Below, in pieces: positions 24,848 to 37,269 of a stretch of DNA of 64,000 nucleotides (position 1 is the stretch's first letter; every line of letters starts with the position of its first letter). The stretch is from assembly GCF_028641065.1 (NCBI RefSeq), contig NW_026575814.1, positions 62,001-126,000 of the forward strand, in the 5' to 3' direction. The notes below the pieces were generated by a model. That model made no database searches, had not been told where the DNA came from, and saw only the letters and a list, made by a program, of their open reading frames with translations. Source of the DNA: Leucoraja erinacea. Its lineage: Eukaryota. The position numbers and the translations under genes are program-made.

Positions 24848-25176
24848 TGTGCATTTTGTTGACACGTGCCTGATCTTGCTGTACTGCAATGCATTTGCCA
24901 CGTCTTTGGCCACTCTCCCAATTTGTTCCCAAGTCCTTCTGCAGCCTCCCTGCTTCCTCAACACTACCTGCACCTCCAACTACCTTCGTATCATCTGCAA
25001 ACATGGCCACAAAACCATCAATTTGGAGACACGAGGAACCGCAGATGCCGGTTTACAAAAGAAAAAACATACCAAGTGCTGGAGTAACTCAGCAGCATCA
25101 GTGGAGGGAATGGCTCCATGTTCGACAGAGATGCTGCCTCAATGGTGAGTTATTCCAGCACTTTGTCTTTAAACTA

Positions 25177-25374
25177 AGGTAGACAAAATAGCTGGAGAAA
25201 CTCAGCGGGTGCAGCAGCATCTATGGAGTGAAGGAAATAGGTGACATTTCGGGCCGAAACCCTTCTTCAGACTGATCAGTCTGAAGAAGGGTTTCGGCCC
25301 GAAAGATCGCCTATTTCCTTCGCTCCATAGATGCTGCTGCACCCGCTGAGTTTCTCCAGCATTTTTGTGTACCT
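25177..25374. mobile_element. Palindromic Penelope-derived insertion (two inverted hammerhead arms)
   Basis: About 98-bp arms centred on TGATCA (~25275), flanking direct repeat TTGTCTTTAAACTA. Confidence 0.85.
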
Positions 25375-25607
25375 TGTCTTTAAACTAATTTGGCAAGGGA
25401 ATGGGGCACAGAGTGCTGGAGGGGGAGGGGTTAACAGGAAGCACAGTCAGTAATTGCAGGGACACTAATTCAGTCCAGTCAGCAGAGCGAACATGGGTGT
25501 GGTGAAGCAAGGGTGTGGGGAATGTAAGGCTAAATCCCAGACATTTTAATGCAAGGTGTCTGGCAGGTAAGGTAGATTAATTTGGGCCTCGATCAACACA
25601 AAGGACT

Positions 25608-27020
25608 AGTCAAGTCAAGTCAAGTCAAGTCAAGTCACGTTTATTTATATAGCACATTTAAAAAACAACTCTCGTTGACCAAAGTGCTTTACATTTGTTA
25701 TAAGAACAGTATAAACAAGCAAACTACATACATATATAACCATATAACAATTACAGCACGGAAACAGGCCATCTCGACCCTTCTAGTCCGTGCCGAACAC
25801 ATAATCTCCCCTAGTCCCATATACCTGCGCTCAGACCATAACCCTCCATTCCCTTCCCATCCATATAACTATCCAATTTATTTTTAAATGATAAAAACGA
25901 ACCTGCCTCCACCACCTTCACTGGAAGCTCATTCCACACAGCTACCACTCTCTGAGTAAAGAAGTTCCCCCTCATGTTACCCCTAAACTTCAGTCCCTTA
26001 ATTCTCATGTCATGTCCCCTTGTTTGAATCTTCCCTACTCTCAGTGGGAAAAGCTTTTCCACGTCAACTCTGTCTATCCCTCTCATCATTTTAAAAACCT
26101 CTATCAAGTCCCCCCTTAACCTTCTGCGCTCCAAAGAATAAAAGCCCTAACTTGTTCAACCTTTCTCTGTAACTTAGTTGCTGAAACCCAGGCAACATTC
26201 TAGTAAATCTCCTCTGTACTCTCTCTATTTTGTTGACATCCTTCCTATAATTAGGCGACCAAAATTGTACACCATACTCCAGAATTGGCCTCACCAATGC
26301 CTTGTACAATTTTAACATTACATCCCAACTTCTATACTCAGAGTATAGAATACTATATACGAATAGCCCTCAGAGGACGTCAGGAAAGGCTTGGGAGTAC
26401 AGATGAGTTTTAAGTCTAGACTTAAAGGAGTCGATGGAGGGGGCAGTTCAGATGGGAAGGGGGGATGCTGTTCCACAGTCTAGGGGCTGCAATCGCAAAG
26501 GCAAGGTCTCCCCTGAGCTTATGCCTAGACCGCGGGATATTCAGCAACCCCAGGTCAGCCGATCTGAGGGACCTGGAGGTGGTGTGGTGGGTGAGAAGAC
26601 TTTTAATGTAGGTGGGTGCAAGCCCATTGAGGGCTTTGCAGTCAAAGAGGAAGGTCTTGAAATGTATTCTGAACCGCACAGGGAACCAGTAGAGAGGCCA
26701 GGGTCGGGGTGATGTGGTCCCTTTTTCGGGTGCCCGTCAGGAGTCTCACTGCGGCGTTTTGGACCAGTTGCAGGCGTGACGGGGAAGATTGGCTGATGCC
26801 AGTGTAGAGGGAGTTGCAGTAATCTAGGCGGGAGGAGATAAATGTGCGGATGATCTTTTCCAGGTCATCAAACCGGAGGAATTGTTATATTTTAGCTATT
26901 GTCTGAAGCTGAAAGAAGCTAGCTTTTACCACGGCATTGACTTGTTTGTCAAATTTCAATGCTGAGTCAAATATCGCAGCAAGGTTTTTGACGTGAGGTT
27001 TGACTATGACGTCGTTGCTA
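25608..27020 (-). mobile_element. L2-clade LINE 3' fragment, interrupted by CR1-B2
   Basis: FRIHFK..KALNGLAPTYI..RSLRS..AFAIAAPRLWNSIP motifs, (CTTGA)n tail at ~25608-25636. Confidence 0.8.
25733..26340 (-). mobile_element. CR1 family B2 3' fragment
   Basis: ORFs 25811-26318. Confidence 0.9.
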
Positions 27021-27174
27021 TCAAGGAGACATGGCTGGGTGTTGGGCAGGACTGGCAGCTCAACATTCCACACTGTAGACGCTTCAGGCATGTTGAGAGT
27101 GCTGGTGGAGGCAGATAATGACATTTAAGAGGCTTTTAGACAACTGCCTGAAAATGCAGTGAAGATGGAGAGAT

Positions 27175-27627
27175 ATAACCATATAACCATATAACAATTA
27201 CAGTACGGAAACAGGCCATCTCGGCCCTTCTAGTCCGTGCCGAACACATAATCTCCCCTAGTCCCATATACCTGCGCTCAGACCATAACCCTCCATTCCC
27301 TTCCCATCCATATAACTATCCAATTTATTTTTAATTGATAAAAACGAACCTGCCTCCACCACCTTCACTGGAAGCTCATTCCACACAGCTACCACTCTCT
27401 GAGTAAAGAAGTTCCCCCTCATGTTACCCCTAAACTTCAGTCCCTTAATTCTCATGTCATGTCCCCTTGTTTGAATCTTCCCTACTCTCAGTGGGAAAAG
27501 CTTTTCCACGTCAACTCTGTCTATCCCTCTCATCATTTTAAAAACCTCTATCAAGTCCCCCCTTAACCTCCTGCGCTCCAAAGAATAAAGCCCTAACTTG
27601 TTCAACCTTCAACCTTTCTCTGTAACT
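27175..27627 (-). mobile_element. CR1 family B2 3' fragment
   Basis: ORF 27258-27605. Confidence 0.9.
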
Positions 27628-27761
27628 ACGGACATACGGTCATATGGAGCACTTGCCGCCAGAGGGAGAAGGGACATGATAAAATAAGGAAGTATTTGAT
27701 GTTTTTGTAGGTTTACAGATGAATAGTCCCCCATACCTTTTAAGGTTTATCACCGGCTGCT

Positions 27762-28062
27762 TTAGATTTTAGACTTTAGAGATACCACACGGAAACAGGC
27801 CCTTCGGCCAACCGAGTCCATGCCGACCAGCGATCGTACTCTAGCACTACTGTACACACTAGGGACAATTTACAATTTTACCGAAGGCAATTAACCTACA
27901 AACTTGTGCGTCTTTGGTGTGTGGGAGGAAACCGGAGCACCCGGAGAAAACCCACGCGGTCACAGGGAGAAGGTACAAACTCCATATGGACAGAACCCGT
28001 AGTTAGAATCGTATGCGGGTTTCTGCCGGTGCAAAGCATCAACTCTACCACTGAGCCACTTG
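27762..28062 (-). mobile_element. tRNA-derived V-SINE (HE1-like), near full length
   Basis: tRNA-like head, V-domain, tail gggcctgtttccgtg..(TCTAAAG)n. Confidence 0.8.
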
Positions 28063-28136
28063 GCCGACTCTTGCCTCTAATGTCCTGCTATGGGAGGCAA
28101 GGGAAGAGACAGTAATTTATAAATCTTTAAGAAACA

Positions 28137-28928
28137 AACATAGAAACATAGAAATTAGGTGCAGGAGTAGGCCATTCGGCCCTTCGAGCCTGCACCGCCA
28201 TTCAATATGATCATGGCTGATCATCCAACTCAGTATCCCGTACCTGCCTTCTCTCCATACCCCCTGATCCCCTTAGCCACAAGGGCCACATCTAACTCCC
28301 TCTTAAATATAGCCAATGAACTGGCCTCAACTACCCTCTGTGGCAGAGAGTTCCAGAGATTCACCACTCTCTGCGTGAAAAAAGTTCTTCTCATCTCGGT
28401 TTTAAAGGATTTCCCCTTTATCCTTAAGCTGTGACCCCTTGTCCTGGACTTCCCTAACATCGGGAACAATCTTCCTGCATCTAGCCTGTCCAACCCCTTA
28501 AGAATTTTGTATGTTTCTATAAGATCCCCTCTCAATCTTCTAAATTCTAGAGAGTATAAACCAAGTTTATCCAGTCATTCTTCATAAGACAGTCCTGACA
28601 TCCCAGGAATCAGTCTGGTGAACCGTCTCTGCACTCCCTCTATGGCAATAATGTCCTTCCTCAGATTTGGAGACCAAAACTGTACGCAATACTCCAGGTG
28701 TGGTCTCACCAAGACCCTGTACAACTGCAGTAGAACCTCTCTGCTCCTATACTCAAATCCTTTTGCAATGAAAGCCAACATACCATTTGCTTTCTTTACT
28801 GTCTGCTGCACCTGCATGCATACCTTCAATGACTGGTGTACCATGACACCCAGGTCTCGCTGCATCTCCCCCTTTCCCAATCGGCCACCATTTAGATAAT
28901 AGTCTGCTTTCCTGTTTTTGCCACCAAG
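28137..28928 (-). mobile_element. CR1 family A 3' fragment
   Basis: ORFs 28230-28880 with a nonsense mutation. Confidence 0.9.
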
Positions 28929-29425
28929 GTATTGCAGTCACTGGATTACAATAAAAGAACTACAAAGCACTGGAGTAAATCAGCAGGTCTGGACGCATCT
29001 GTCGAAAACACCTTTGTTGGCAAAGGTACCAGAGATTGGAAGATGCCTCTCTCACCTTAAAGCCATGTCATAAGGTCTAAAGTTGTAGGAGTAGAAGTAG
29101 TTCTGTGGCAATGAATTCCACAGATTCGCCAACCTCCGACTACAGAAATTGCTCTTCATCTCCTTCCTAAAAGAACGTACTTTAATTCTGAGGCCATAAC
29201 CCTCTGGTCCTAGACTCTCCCACTAGTGGAAACATCCTCTCCACATCCACTCTATCCAAGCCTTTCACTATTCTGTAAATTCTTCTCATCATATAGATAG
29301 ATAGCCTTTTATTGTCATTCAGACCGAAGTCTGAACGAAATTGCAGCAGTCATACATATAATACAATACAATAAAACAACAATAAACACATATTAACATC
29401 CACCACAGTGAGTCCACCCAGCATC

Positions 29426-30241
29426 TGTGGATAAATGTGAGGTTATCCATTTTGGTGGCAAAAACAGGAAAGCAGACTATTATCTAAATGGTGGCCGATT
29501 GGGAAAGGGGGAGATGCAGCGAGACCTGGGTGTCATGGTACACCAGTCATTGAAGGTAGGCATGCAGGTGCAGCAGGCAGTAAAGAAAGCGAATGGTATG
29601 TTAGCTTTCATTGCAAAAGGATTTGAGTATAGGAGCAGAGAGGTTCTACTGCAGTTGTACAGGGTCTTGGTGAGACCACACCTGGAGTATTGCGTACAGT
29701 TTTGGTCTCCAAATCTGAGGAAGGACATTATTGCCATAGAGGGAGTGCAGAGACGGTTCACCAGACTGATTCCTGGGATGTCAGGACTGTCTTATGAAGA
29801 AAGACTGGATAGACTTGGTTTATACTCTCTAGAATTTAGAAGATTGAGAGGGGATCTTATAGAAACTTACAAAATTCTTAAGGGGTTGGACAGGCTAGAT
29901 GCAGGAAGATTGTTCCCGATGTTAGGGAAGTCCAGGACAAGGGGTCACAGCTTAAGGATAAAGGGGAAATCCTTTAAAACCGAGATGAGAAGAACTTTTT
30001 TCATGCAGAGAGTGGTGAATCTCTGGAACTCTCTGCCACAGAGGGTAGTTGAGGCCAGTTCATTGGCTATATTTAAGAGGGAGTTAGATGTGGCCCTTGT
30101 GGCTAAGGGGATCAGGGGGTATGGAGAGAAGGCAGGTACGGGATACTGAGTTGGATGATCAGCCATGATCATATTGAATGGCGGTGCAGGCTCGAAGGGC
30201 CGAATGGCCTACTCCTGCACCTAATTTCTATGTTTCTATGT
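29426..30241 (+). mobile_element. CR1 family A 3' fragment, 240-aa intact frame
   Basis: ORF 29427-30149. Confidence 0.9.
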
Positions 30242-30676
30242 TACCTAGAACATAGTATAATACAGCTAAGTAACAGGCCCTTTGGCCCACAATGTCTGTG
30301 CTCAGCATGATACCGGGGGTGGGAGATTGCAACCTTCACGTGGTCCGCCCTGTTTCGATGAAAACGGTGTGCACAATCAAATTAGATCAAGTAGAACAAA
30401 CCTGCACGTCTTTGGAGTGTGGGAGGAAACCGAAGATCTCAGAGAAACCCCACGCAGGTCACGGGGAGAACGTACAAACTCCGTACAGACCGCATCAGGA
30501 TGGAGCCCGGGTCTGTGGCCGCGACGCCACCGTGCCGCCCAGAACAATCCAGCATTTTGTGGGGGGTTTTTGGCATAACCAGCACCTGCATTTCCTTGTT
30601 GCTGGTCTCTGGTGCAGTGTGACAGTGGCTCTACCAGCTGCGCCTGTTGAAATTGTTGAGTGTGTTCTTGCATCTT

Positions 30677-31163
30677 ACCATATAACAATAACCATATAAC
30701 AATTACAGCACGGAAACAGGCCATCTCGGCCCTACAAGTCCATGCCGAACAGATTTTCTTCCCCTTAGTCCCACCTGCCTGCACTCATACCATAACCCTC
30801 CATTCCCTTCTCATCCATATGCCTATCCAATTTATTTTTAAATGATACCAATGAACCTGCCTCCACCACTTCCACTGGGAGCTCATTCCACACCGCTACC
30901 ACTCTCTGAGTAAAGAAGTTCCCCCTCATATTGCCCCTAAACTTCTGTCCCTTAATTCTGAAGTCATGTCCTCTTGTTTGAATCTTCCCTATTCTCAAAG
31001 GGAAAAGCTTGTCCACATCAACTGTCTATCCCTCTCATCATTTTAAAGACCTCTATCAAGTCCCCCCTTAACCTTCTGCGCTCCAGAGAATAAATACCTA
31101 ACTTATTCAACCTATCTCTGTAACTTAGTTGTTGAAACCCAGGCAACATTCTAGTAAATCTCC
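30677..31163 (-). mobile_element. CR1 family B1 3' fragment with 40-bp flanking duplication
   Basis: 30637-30676 is identical to 31164-31203. Confidence 0.9.
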
Positions 31164-31205
31164 GCTGCGCCTGTTGAAATTGTTGAGTGTGTTCTTGCAT
31201 CTTTA

Positions 31206-31375
31206 AGAGCCTGTCCCACTTGGGCGTCATTTGCGCAGATGGGCACGCAAAGATTTTGTACATCCCAAAACCCTGGGGCGCTGCGCACAACCTCGCGTCA
31301 CTGCGTACATCACCACGCACCATGCGCGCATCATGTAAATGACGTGCAAATGACCCCCAAGTGGGACACCCCCTT
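31206..31375. mobile_element. PIF/Harbinger-like MITE
   Basis: TIRs ..TGTCCCACTTGGGCGTCATTTGC / GCAAATGACCCCCAAGTGGGACA.., flanked by TAA/TTA. Confidence 0.7.
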
Positions 31376-31463
31376 TAGTTAACGACATCATGTTTTGTTT
31401 GACCATTAGACCCCTATCCCTTTGGTCACTTGACAGTAAGTCACATTCTCGACTACCTCCCAC

Positions 31464-32515
31464 CAAAGATCTTGTAACAGAGCAAGATGGGTTACTCTCA
31501 CGCAAACGTGTAGTCCGCTCATGGGCGGATTCATGGGTGATTATAGGACCCATTTTAGCAACCAGTCCTCGCAATCTTGTTCCGCCATCTTGCTTCCGGC
31601 CAAAGATCGTATCTTTGTTTCCGCAGCGGGGAGAGGGAGTGCGCGGCCCAGGGCAGTGGGGAGAGGGAGTGCGGGACAGCGGGGAGAGGGGAATAGGAGG
31701 GAGGGAGACATGGTAGTGCGGGGGGCAGGCGCGGGAGTGCCGGGGGCGGGGGAGTCCTAGTTAATGTGAAGTTGCGGGGAGGTTTACAATGATTCTTATT
31801 TAATGTCCCTTGTCTAGTCTGAAATAAAGTTCATCATTGGATCAGACGAAATATAATTGTGTGTGCTATATGATTATATACATTTATATCACATTCATGT
31901 ATGTGTGTTTATAAACATTTTATTCTTTAACAAGAATTAACAGAATTATGAACTAACAGAATTATGAATCTAACCCTATATCACACACAAAAAGTTCCCC
32001 CCCCCCATGTCAATCACCCTGCGAGTCGGGTCGGTTCCGGTTACTACAATATCAACTCAAACACGGCTTGTGAACCATTTAAAAAGAAATGATTTAAAAA
32101 AACATTAAAATAGACAATTACCAGAGTCAAATTTTATTCTTGACAAGAAGTATGAACTGACAGAATTATGGTGACTGCCAATCACCCCCCCCCCCCCGGA
32201 CACTTATTATTATTTATTCAAATCGATTGCTATGTCGCTCTTCCAGGGAGATGCTAAATGCATTTCGTTGTCCCTGTACTGTACACTGACAATGACAATT
32301 AAAATTGAATCTGAATCTGAATCTGATAATCACACACACAAACTGTTGCCCCGCAACATTGATTACACTGCGAGTCGGGTCGGGTCGGGTCAGGTAGGCT
32401 CCGGTTACTAAAATGGGCGTGGAAAAAATGCCCAGGATCCTCTCCGTAGCGTACTACACGTCAGCCCATTGCATTTCGCAGGAGTAGCCTATCTTGCTCT
32501 GCTCTAAGATATTTG
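31464..32515. mobile_element. Non-autonomous DNA transposon (hAT or P superfamily)
   Basis: About 35-bp imperfect TIRs starting CAAAGATCTT / ending AAGATATTTG, 8-bp TSD CCTCCCAC. Confidence 0.85.
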
Positions 32516-32919
32516 CCTCCCACTAGTTTAACAGGTTTAGTCAGATTCCAGTGGTTGGTGAGAGTGAATTTGAGAGCAGGACGCAGAGCAAGCAGACGCA
32601 AATAAATGAGGCAGGTACTTGTTTCAGTCTGAAACAAACACGACTCTGTGTATCTGTGAAGAGGGAGGCGTAGATGGGAGTTCGCATGGTGACGCCTTTG
32701 ATTTGTAGAAATGACAAAGGAAATTGTCCTTCAGGCTGCCCAGCTGTGGGACGGGGAAGGTGCAGATGAATCAAACGGCACCAGGTGACTGTGATAGCAG
32801 ATATTCTCAAGTCAGAAGTTGGGTTTATTGCCATTGGCACAAGTACAGCAGGACACAAAAAAGATACAACGTTGTGGAGGGAGCAACACAGGGGTCAGGA
32901 CACATGTCTGGAGAACGTG

Positions 32920-33170
32920 TGTAGGAAGGAACTGCACATGCTGGTTTAAACTGAAGCTGGAGTAACTCAGCGGGACAGGCAGCATCTCTGGAGAGAAGGA
33001 ACGGGTGACATTTCGGGTCGAGACCCCTTGTTCAGACTCTTTTGTGACTCTCACTTTCGTGTCTGAAGAAAGGTCTCAACCAAAAAACGTCACCTATCTG
33101 AAGTGAGTCTGAGGAAGGGGTTTGGCCCGAAACGTTGCCTATTTCCTTCGCTCCATAGATGCTGCCTCAC
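32920..33170. mobile_element. Cluster of three Penelope-derived hammerhead repeats
   Basis: One on - (~33005-33037), two on + (~33062, ~33108). Confidence 0.65.
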
Positions 33171-33171
33171 G

Positions 33172-34141
33172 TAGAAACATAGAAACATAGAAACATAGAA
33201 ATTAGGTGCAGGAGTAGGCCATTCGGCCCTTCGAGCCTGCACCGCCATTCAATATGATCATGGCTGATCATCCAACTCAGTATCCCGTACCTGCCTTCTC
33301 TCCATACCCCCTGATCCCCTTAGCCACAAGGGCCACATCTAACTCCCTCTTAAATATAGCCAATGAACTGGCCTCAACTACCCTCTGTGGCAGAGAGTTC
33401 CAGAGATTCACCACTCTCTGTGTGAAAAAAGTTCTTCTCATCTCGGTTTTAAAGGATTTCCCTCTTATCCTTAAGCTGTGACCCCTTGTCCTGGACTTCC
33501 CTAACATCGGGAACAATCTTCCTGCATCTAGCCTGTCCAACCCCTTAAGAATTTTGTAAGTTTCTATAAGATCCCCTCTCAATCTTCTAAATTCTAGAGA
33601 GTATAAACCAAGTCTATCCAGTCTTTCTTCATAAGACAGTCCTGACATCCCAGGAATCAGTCTGGTGAACCGTCTCTGCACTCCCTCTATGGCAATAATG
33701 TCCTTCCTCAGATTTGGAGACCAAAACTGTACGCAATACCCCAGGTGTGGTCTCACCAAGACCCTGTACAACTGCAGTAGAACCTCCCTGCTCCTATACT
33801 CAAATCCTTTTGCAATGAAAGCTAACATACTGCCTGCTGCACCTGCATGCCTACCTTCAATGACTGGTGTACCATGACACCCAGGTCTCGCTGCATCTCC
33901 CCCTTTCCCAATCGGTCACCATTTAGATAATAGTCTGCTTTCCCGTTTTTGCCACCAAAATGGATAACCTCACATTTATCCACATTATACTGCATCTGCC
34001 AAACATTTGCCCACTCACCCAGCCTATCCAAGTCACCTTGCAGTCTCCTAGCATCCTCCTCACAGCTAACACTGCCCCCCAGCTTAGTGTCATCCGCAAA
34101 CTTGGAGATGTTGCCTTCAATTCCCTCATCCAGATCATTAA
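33172..34141 (-). mobile_element. CR1 family A fragment incl. RT KFADD region
   Basis: ORFs 33277-34031. Confidence 0.9.
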
Positions 34142-34384
34142 TTAATCATCACCTGTTGAGTTTCTCCAGCATTTTTGTCTACCTATCCATGTTCTTCAGA
34201 GATGCTGCCAGTGCTGTCTCTGTGGAGTTTGGTGACTGAGTGACCATGCAAACTCAACACAGATAGCATTGAATCCTGGTCTCTGGTTCTGCGATGTTGC
34301 AGCTCAACCAGCTGTGCCACCTTGCCGCCTGTTTGGACAAGCGTGACTTCAATGCCAGGCGACAAATACCTTCTGTAGAATTGG

Positions 34385-34708
34385 GTAGCACACTATGGCG
34401 TAGCAGTAGAGTTGCTACCTTACAGCGCCATGCACCCAGGTTCCATCCTGACTATTGGTGCTGTCTGTAGGGAGTTTGCACATACCCCCTGTGACCGCGT
34501 GGGCTTTCTCCAGGTGCTACAGCTTCCACCCACACTGTAAAGATGTGCGGGTTTGTAAGTTAATTGGCTTCGGTAAAACAAATTGTAGGTTGTCCCTAGT
34601 GTGAAGGACAGAGCTGGTGTACGGGGTGATCGCTGGTTGGTGCAGACTCAATGGGCCGAAGGGCCTGTTTACGCACTGTATCTCTAAAGTCTAAAGCAAA
34701 GTCTAAAC
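34385..34708 (+). mobile_element. tRNA-derived V-SINE (HE1-like), full length
   Basis: A box tggcgtagcag, B box ggttccatcc, V-domain, CR1-like tail. Confidence 0.8.
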
Positions 34709-34759
34709 TAGTCCCAACCCTATACAGCACATTTCCCCACAGGACCTTGAGGCAGGGAC

Positions 34760-35921
34760 CATATATAACCATATAACAATTACAGCACGGAAACAGGCCA
34801 TCTCGACCCTTCTAGTCCGTGCCGAACACATATTCTCCCCTAGTCCCATATACCTGCGCTCAGACCATAACCCTCCATTCCCTTCCCATCCATATAACTA
34901 TCCAATTTATTTTTAAATGATAAAAACGAACCTGCCTCCACCACCTTCACTGGAAGCTCATTCCACACAGCTACCACTCTCTGAGTAAAGAGTGACAATC
35001 TGAGGGACAATCCCATTAGACCACTGCTTCCACTATTCTCATTATCTACAATTGACTTTTCTCCACAGTTCTTCCGTCCCACTTACATAGAAACATAGAA
35101 ACATAGAAAATAGGTGCAGGAGTAGGCTATTCTGCCCTTCGAGCCTGCACCGCCATTCAATATGATCATGGCTGATCATCCAACTCAGTATCCCATCCCT
35201 GCCTTCTCTCCATATCCCCTGATCCCTTTAGCCACAAGGGCCACATCTAACTCTCTCTTAAATATAGCCGATGAACTGCGGCCTCAACTACCTTCTGTGG
35301 CAGAGAGTTCCACAGATTCACCACTCTCTGCGTGAAACCATCTCGACCATCTCACCTTGGTACCACAGAGAGATAGAAACATAGAAACATAGAAATTAGG
35401 TGCAGGAGTAGGCCATTCGGCCCTTCGAGCCTGCACCGCCATTCAATATGATCATGGCTGATCATCCAACTCAGTATCCCGTACCTGCCTTCTCTCCATA
35501 CCCACTGATCCCCTTAGCCACAAGGGCCACATCTAACTCCCTCTTAAATATAGCCAATGAACTGGCCTCAACTACCCTCTGTGGCAGAGAGTTTCAGAGA
35601 TTCACCACTCTCTGTGTGAAAAAAGTTCTTCTCATCTCAGTTTTAAAGGATTTCCCCCTTATCCTTAAGCTGTGACCCCTTGTCCTGGACTTCCCTAACA
35701 TCGGGAACAATCTTCCTGCATCTAGCCTGTCCAACCCCTTAAGAATTTTGTAAGTTTCTATAAGATCCCCTCTCAATCTTCTAAATTCTAGAGAGTATAA
35801 ACCAAGTCTATCCAGTCTTTCTTCATAAGACAGTCCTGACATCCCAGGAATCAGTCTGGTGAACCGTCTCTGCACTCCCTCTATGGCAATAATGTCCTTC
35901 CTCAGATTTGGAGACCAAAAC
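34760..35921 (-). mobile_element. Three tandem CR1 3' fragments (B2 34760-34991; A 35087-35337; A 35373-35921)
   Basis: Family-diagnostic tails and ORF remnants. Confidence 0.85.
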
Positions 35922-36213
35922 CGCACAGATACCGCACAGAAACAGGCCCTTCAGCCCACTGTGTTTGTGCTGACAATCAATCATCCACATGCACTAATCA
36001 ATAATAATCCTACTTTATTCTGCGTACAGTTCTGGACGCTGCATCAGGAGCAGGATGTGGAGTCTTTGGAGAGGGTGCAGAAGGCCACAACCCTCCCTCA
36101 CCCAAGATACACCAGCTTCTCGTTCACACCTGCAAACACCTGACAATGGCCTGTTTACTTTCACTGTTACTTTTTTGCATATCTTTTATTCAATCGTTCT
36201 CTATCTATCTATT

Positions 36214-36685
36214 AGATTTACTAGAATGTTGCCTGGGTTTCAGCAACTAAGTTACAGAGAAAGGTTGAACAAGTTAGGGCTTTATTCTTTGGAGCGCAGA
36301 AGGTTAAGGGGGGACTTGATAGAGGTTTTTAAAATGATGAGAGGGATAGACAGAGTTGACGTGGAAAAGCTTTTCCCACTGAGAGTAGGGAAGATTCAAA
36401 CAAGGGGACATGACATGAGAATTAAGGGACTGAAGTTTAGGGGTAACATGAGGGGGATCTTCTTTACTCAGAGAGTGGTAGCTGTGTGGAATGAGCTTCC
36501 AGTGAAGGTGGTGGAGGCAGGTTCGTTTTTAATAAATTGGATAGTTATATGGATGGGAAGAGAATGGAGGGTTATGGTCTGAGCGCAGGTATATGGGACT
36601 AGGGGAGATTATGTGTTCGGCACGGACTAGAAGGGTCGAGATGGTCTGTTTCCGTGCTGTAATTGTTATATGGTTATATGGTTAT
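36214..36685 (+). mobile_element. CR1 family B2 3' fragment
   Basis: RFTRMLPG.., with a small deletion. Confidence 0.9.
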
Positions 36686-37269
36686 CACCGTCTATATCTC
36701 TCGGTTCCTTTTACTCTCTGACGTCTGAAGAAGGGTCTCGACCTAAACATAGAAACATAGAAAATAGGTGCAGGAGGTGGCCATTCGGCCCTTCGAGCCT
36801 GCACCGCCATTCACTGTGATCATGGTTGATCATGGCTGAAACATCTCCCATTCCTTCTCCCCAGAGACAGCGCTGCATGTCCCGCTGAGTTACTCCAGCA
36901 TTTTGTGTCTATCTTCGGTTTACGCCACCACTTGCATTTCCTTCCCTCACACCTAGCTAGGATAAACATCCTAACACCAAGTTAGGAAACCTTGGATTGT
37001 TTTCTCTGGAATGCCAGAGAATGAGGGGGAGACCTGATAGCAGTATATCCAGTAATGAGAGGCATAGATAGGGTGGAGAGTCAGAACCTTTCTCCTGGAG
37101 CGGAGATGTCAAAGAATAGAGGGAATAGCTTTAAGTGAGAGGAGCAAAGTTTAAAGGAGAGGAGCAAAGTTTTAGGGAAAGTTTAAATTTTAAAGCTTTT
37201 TTTGCACAGAGAGTGGTGGGTGTCTGAAACATGCTACCAGGAGCGGCAGTAGGGCAGTTACAATAGGAA

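Noticed and set aside
25380-25585. Candidate + strand exon with donor caggtaag
   Set aside because: Resembles a decayed CR1 ORF2 start (FNAR..GK.D) and has no good acceptor.
27736-28125. Candidate - strand exon split by a SINE
   Set aside because: No consistent open frame with the other candidates.
34385-34460. tRNA genes
   Set aside because: A/B boxes are SINE heads followed by the V-domain. No intact cloverleaf is evident.
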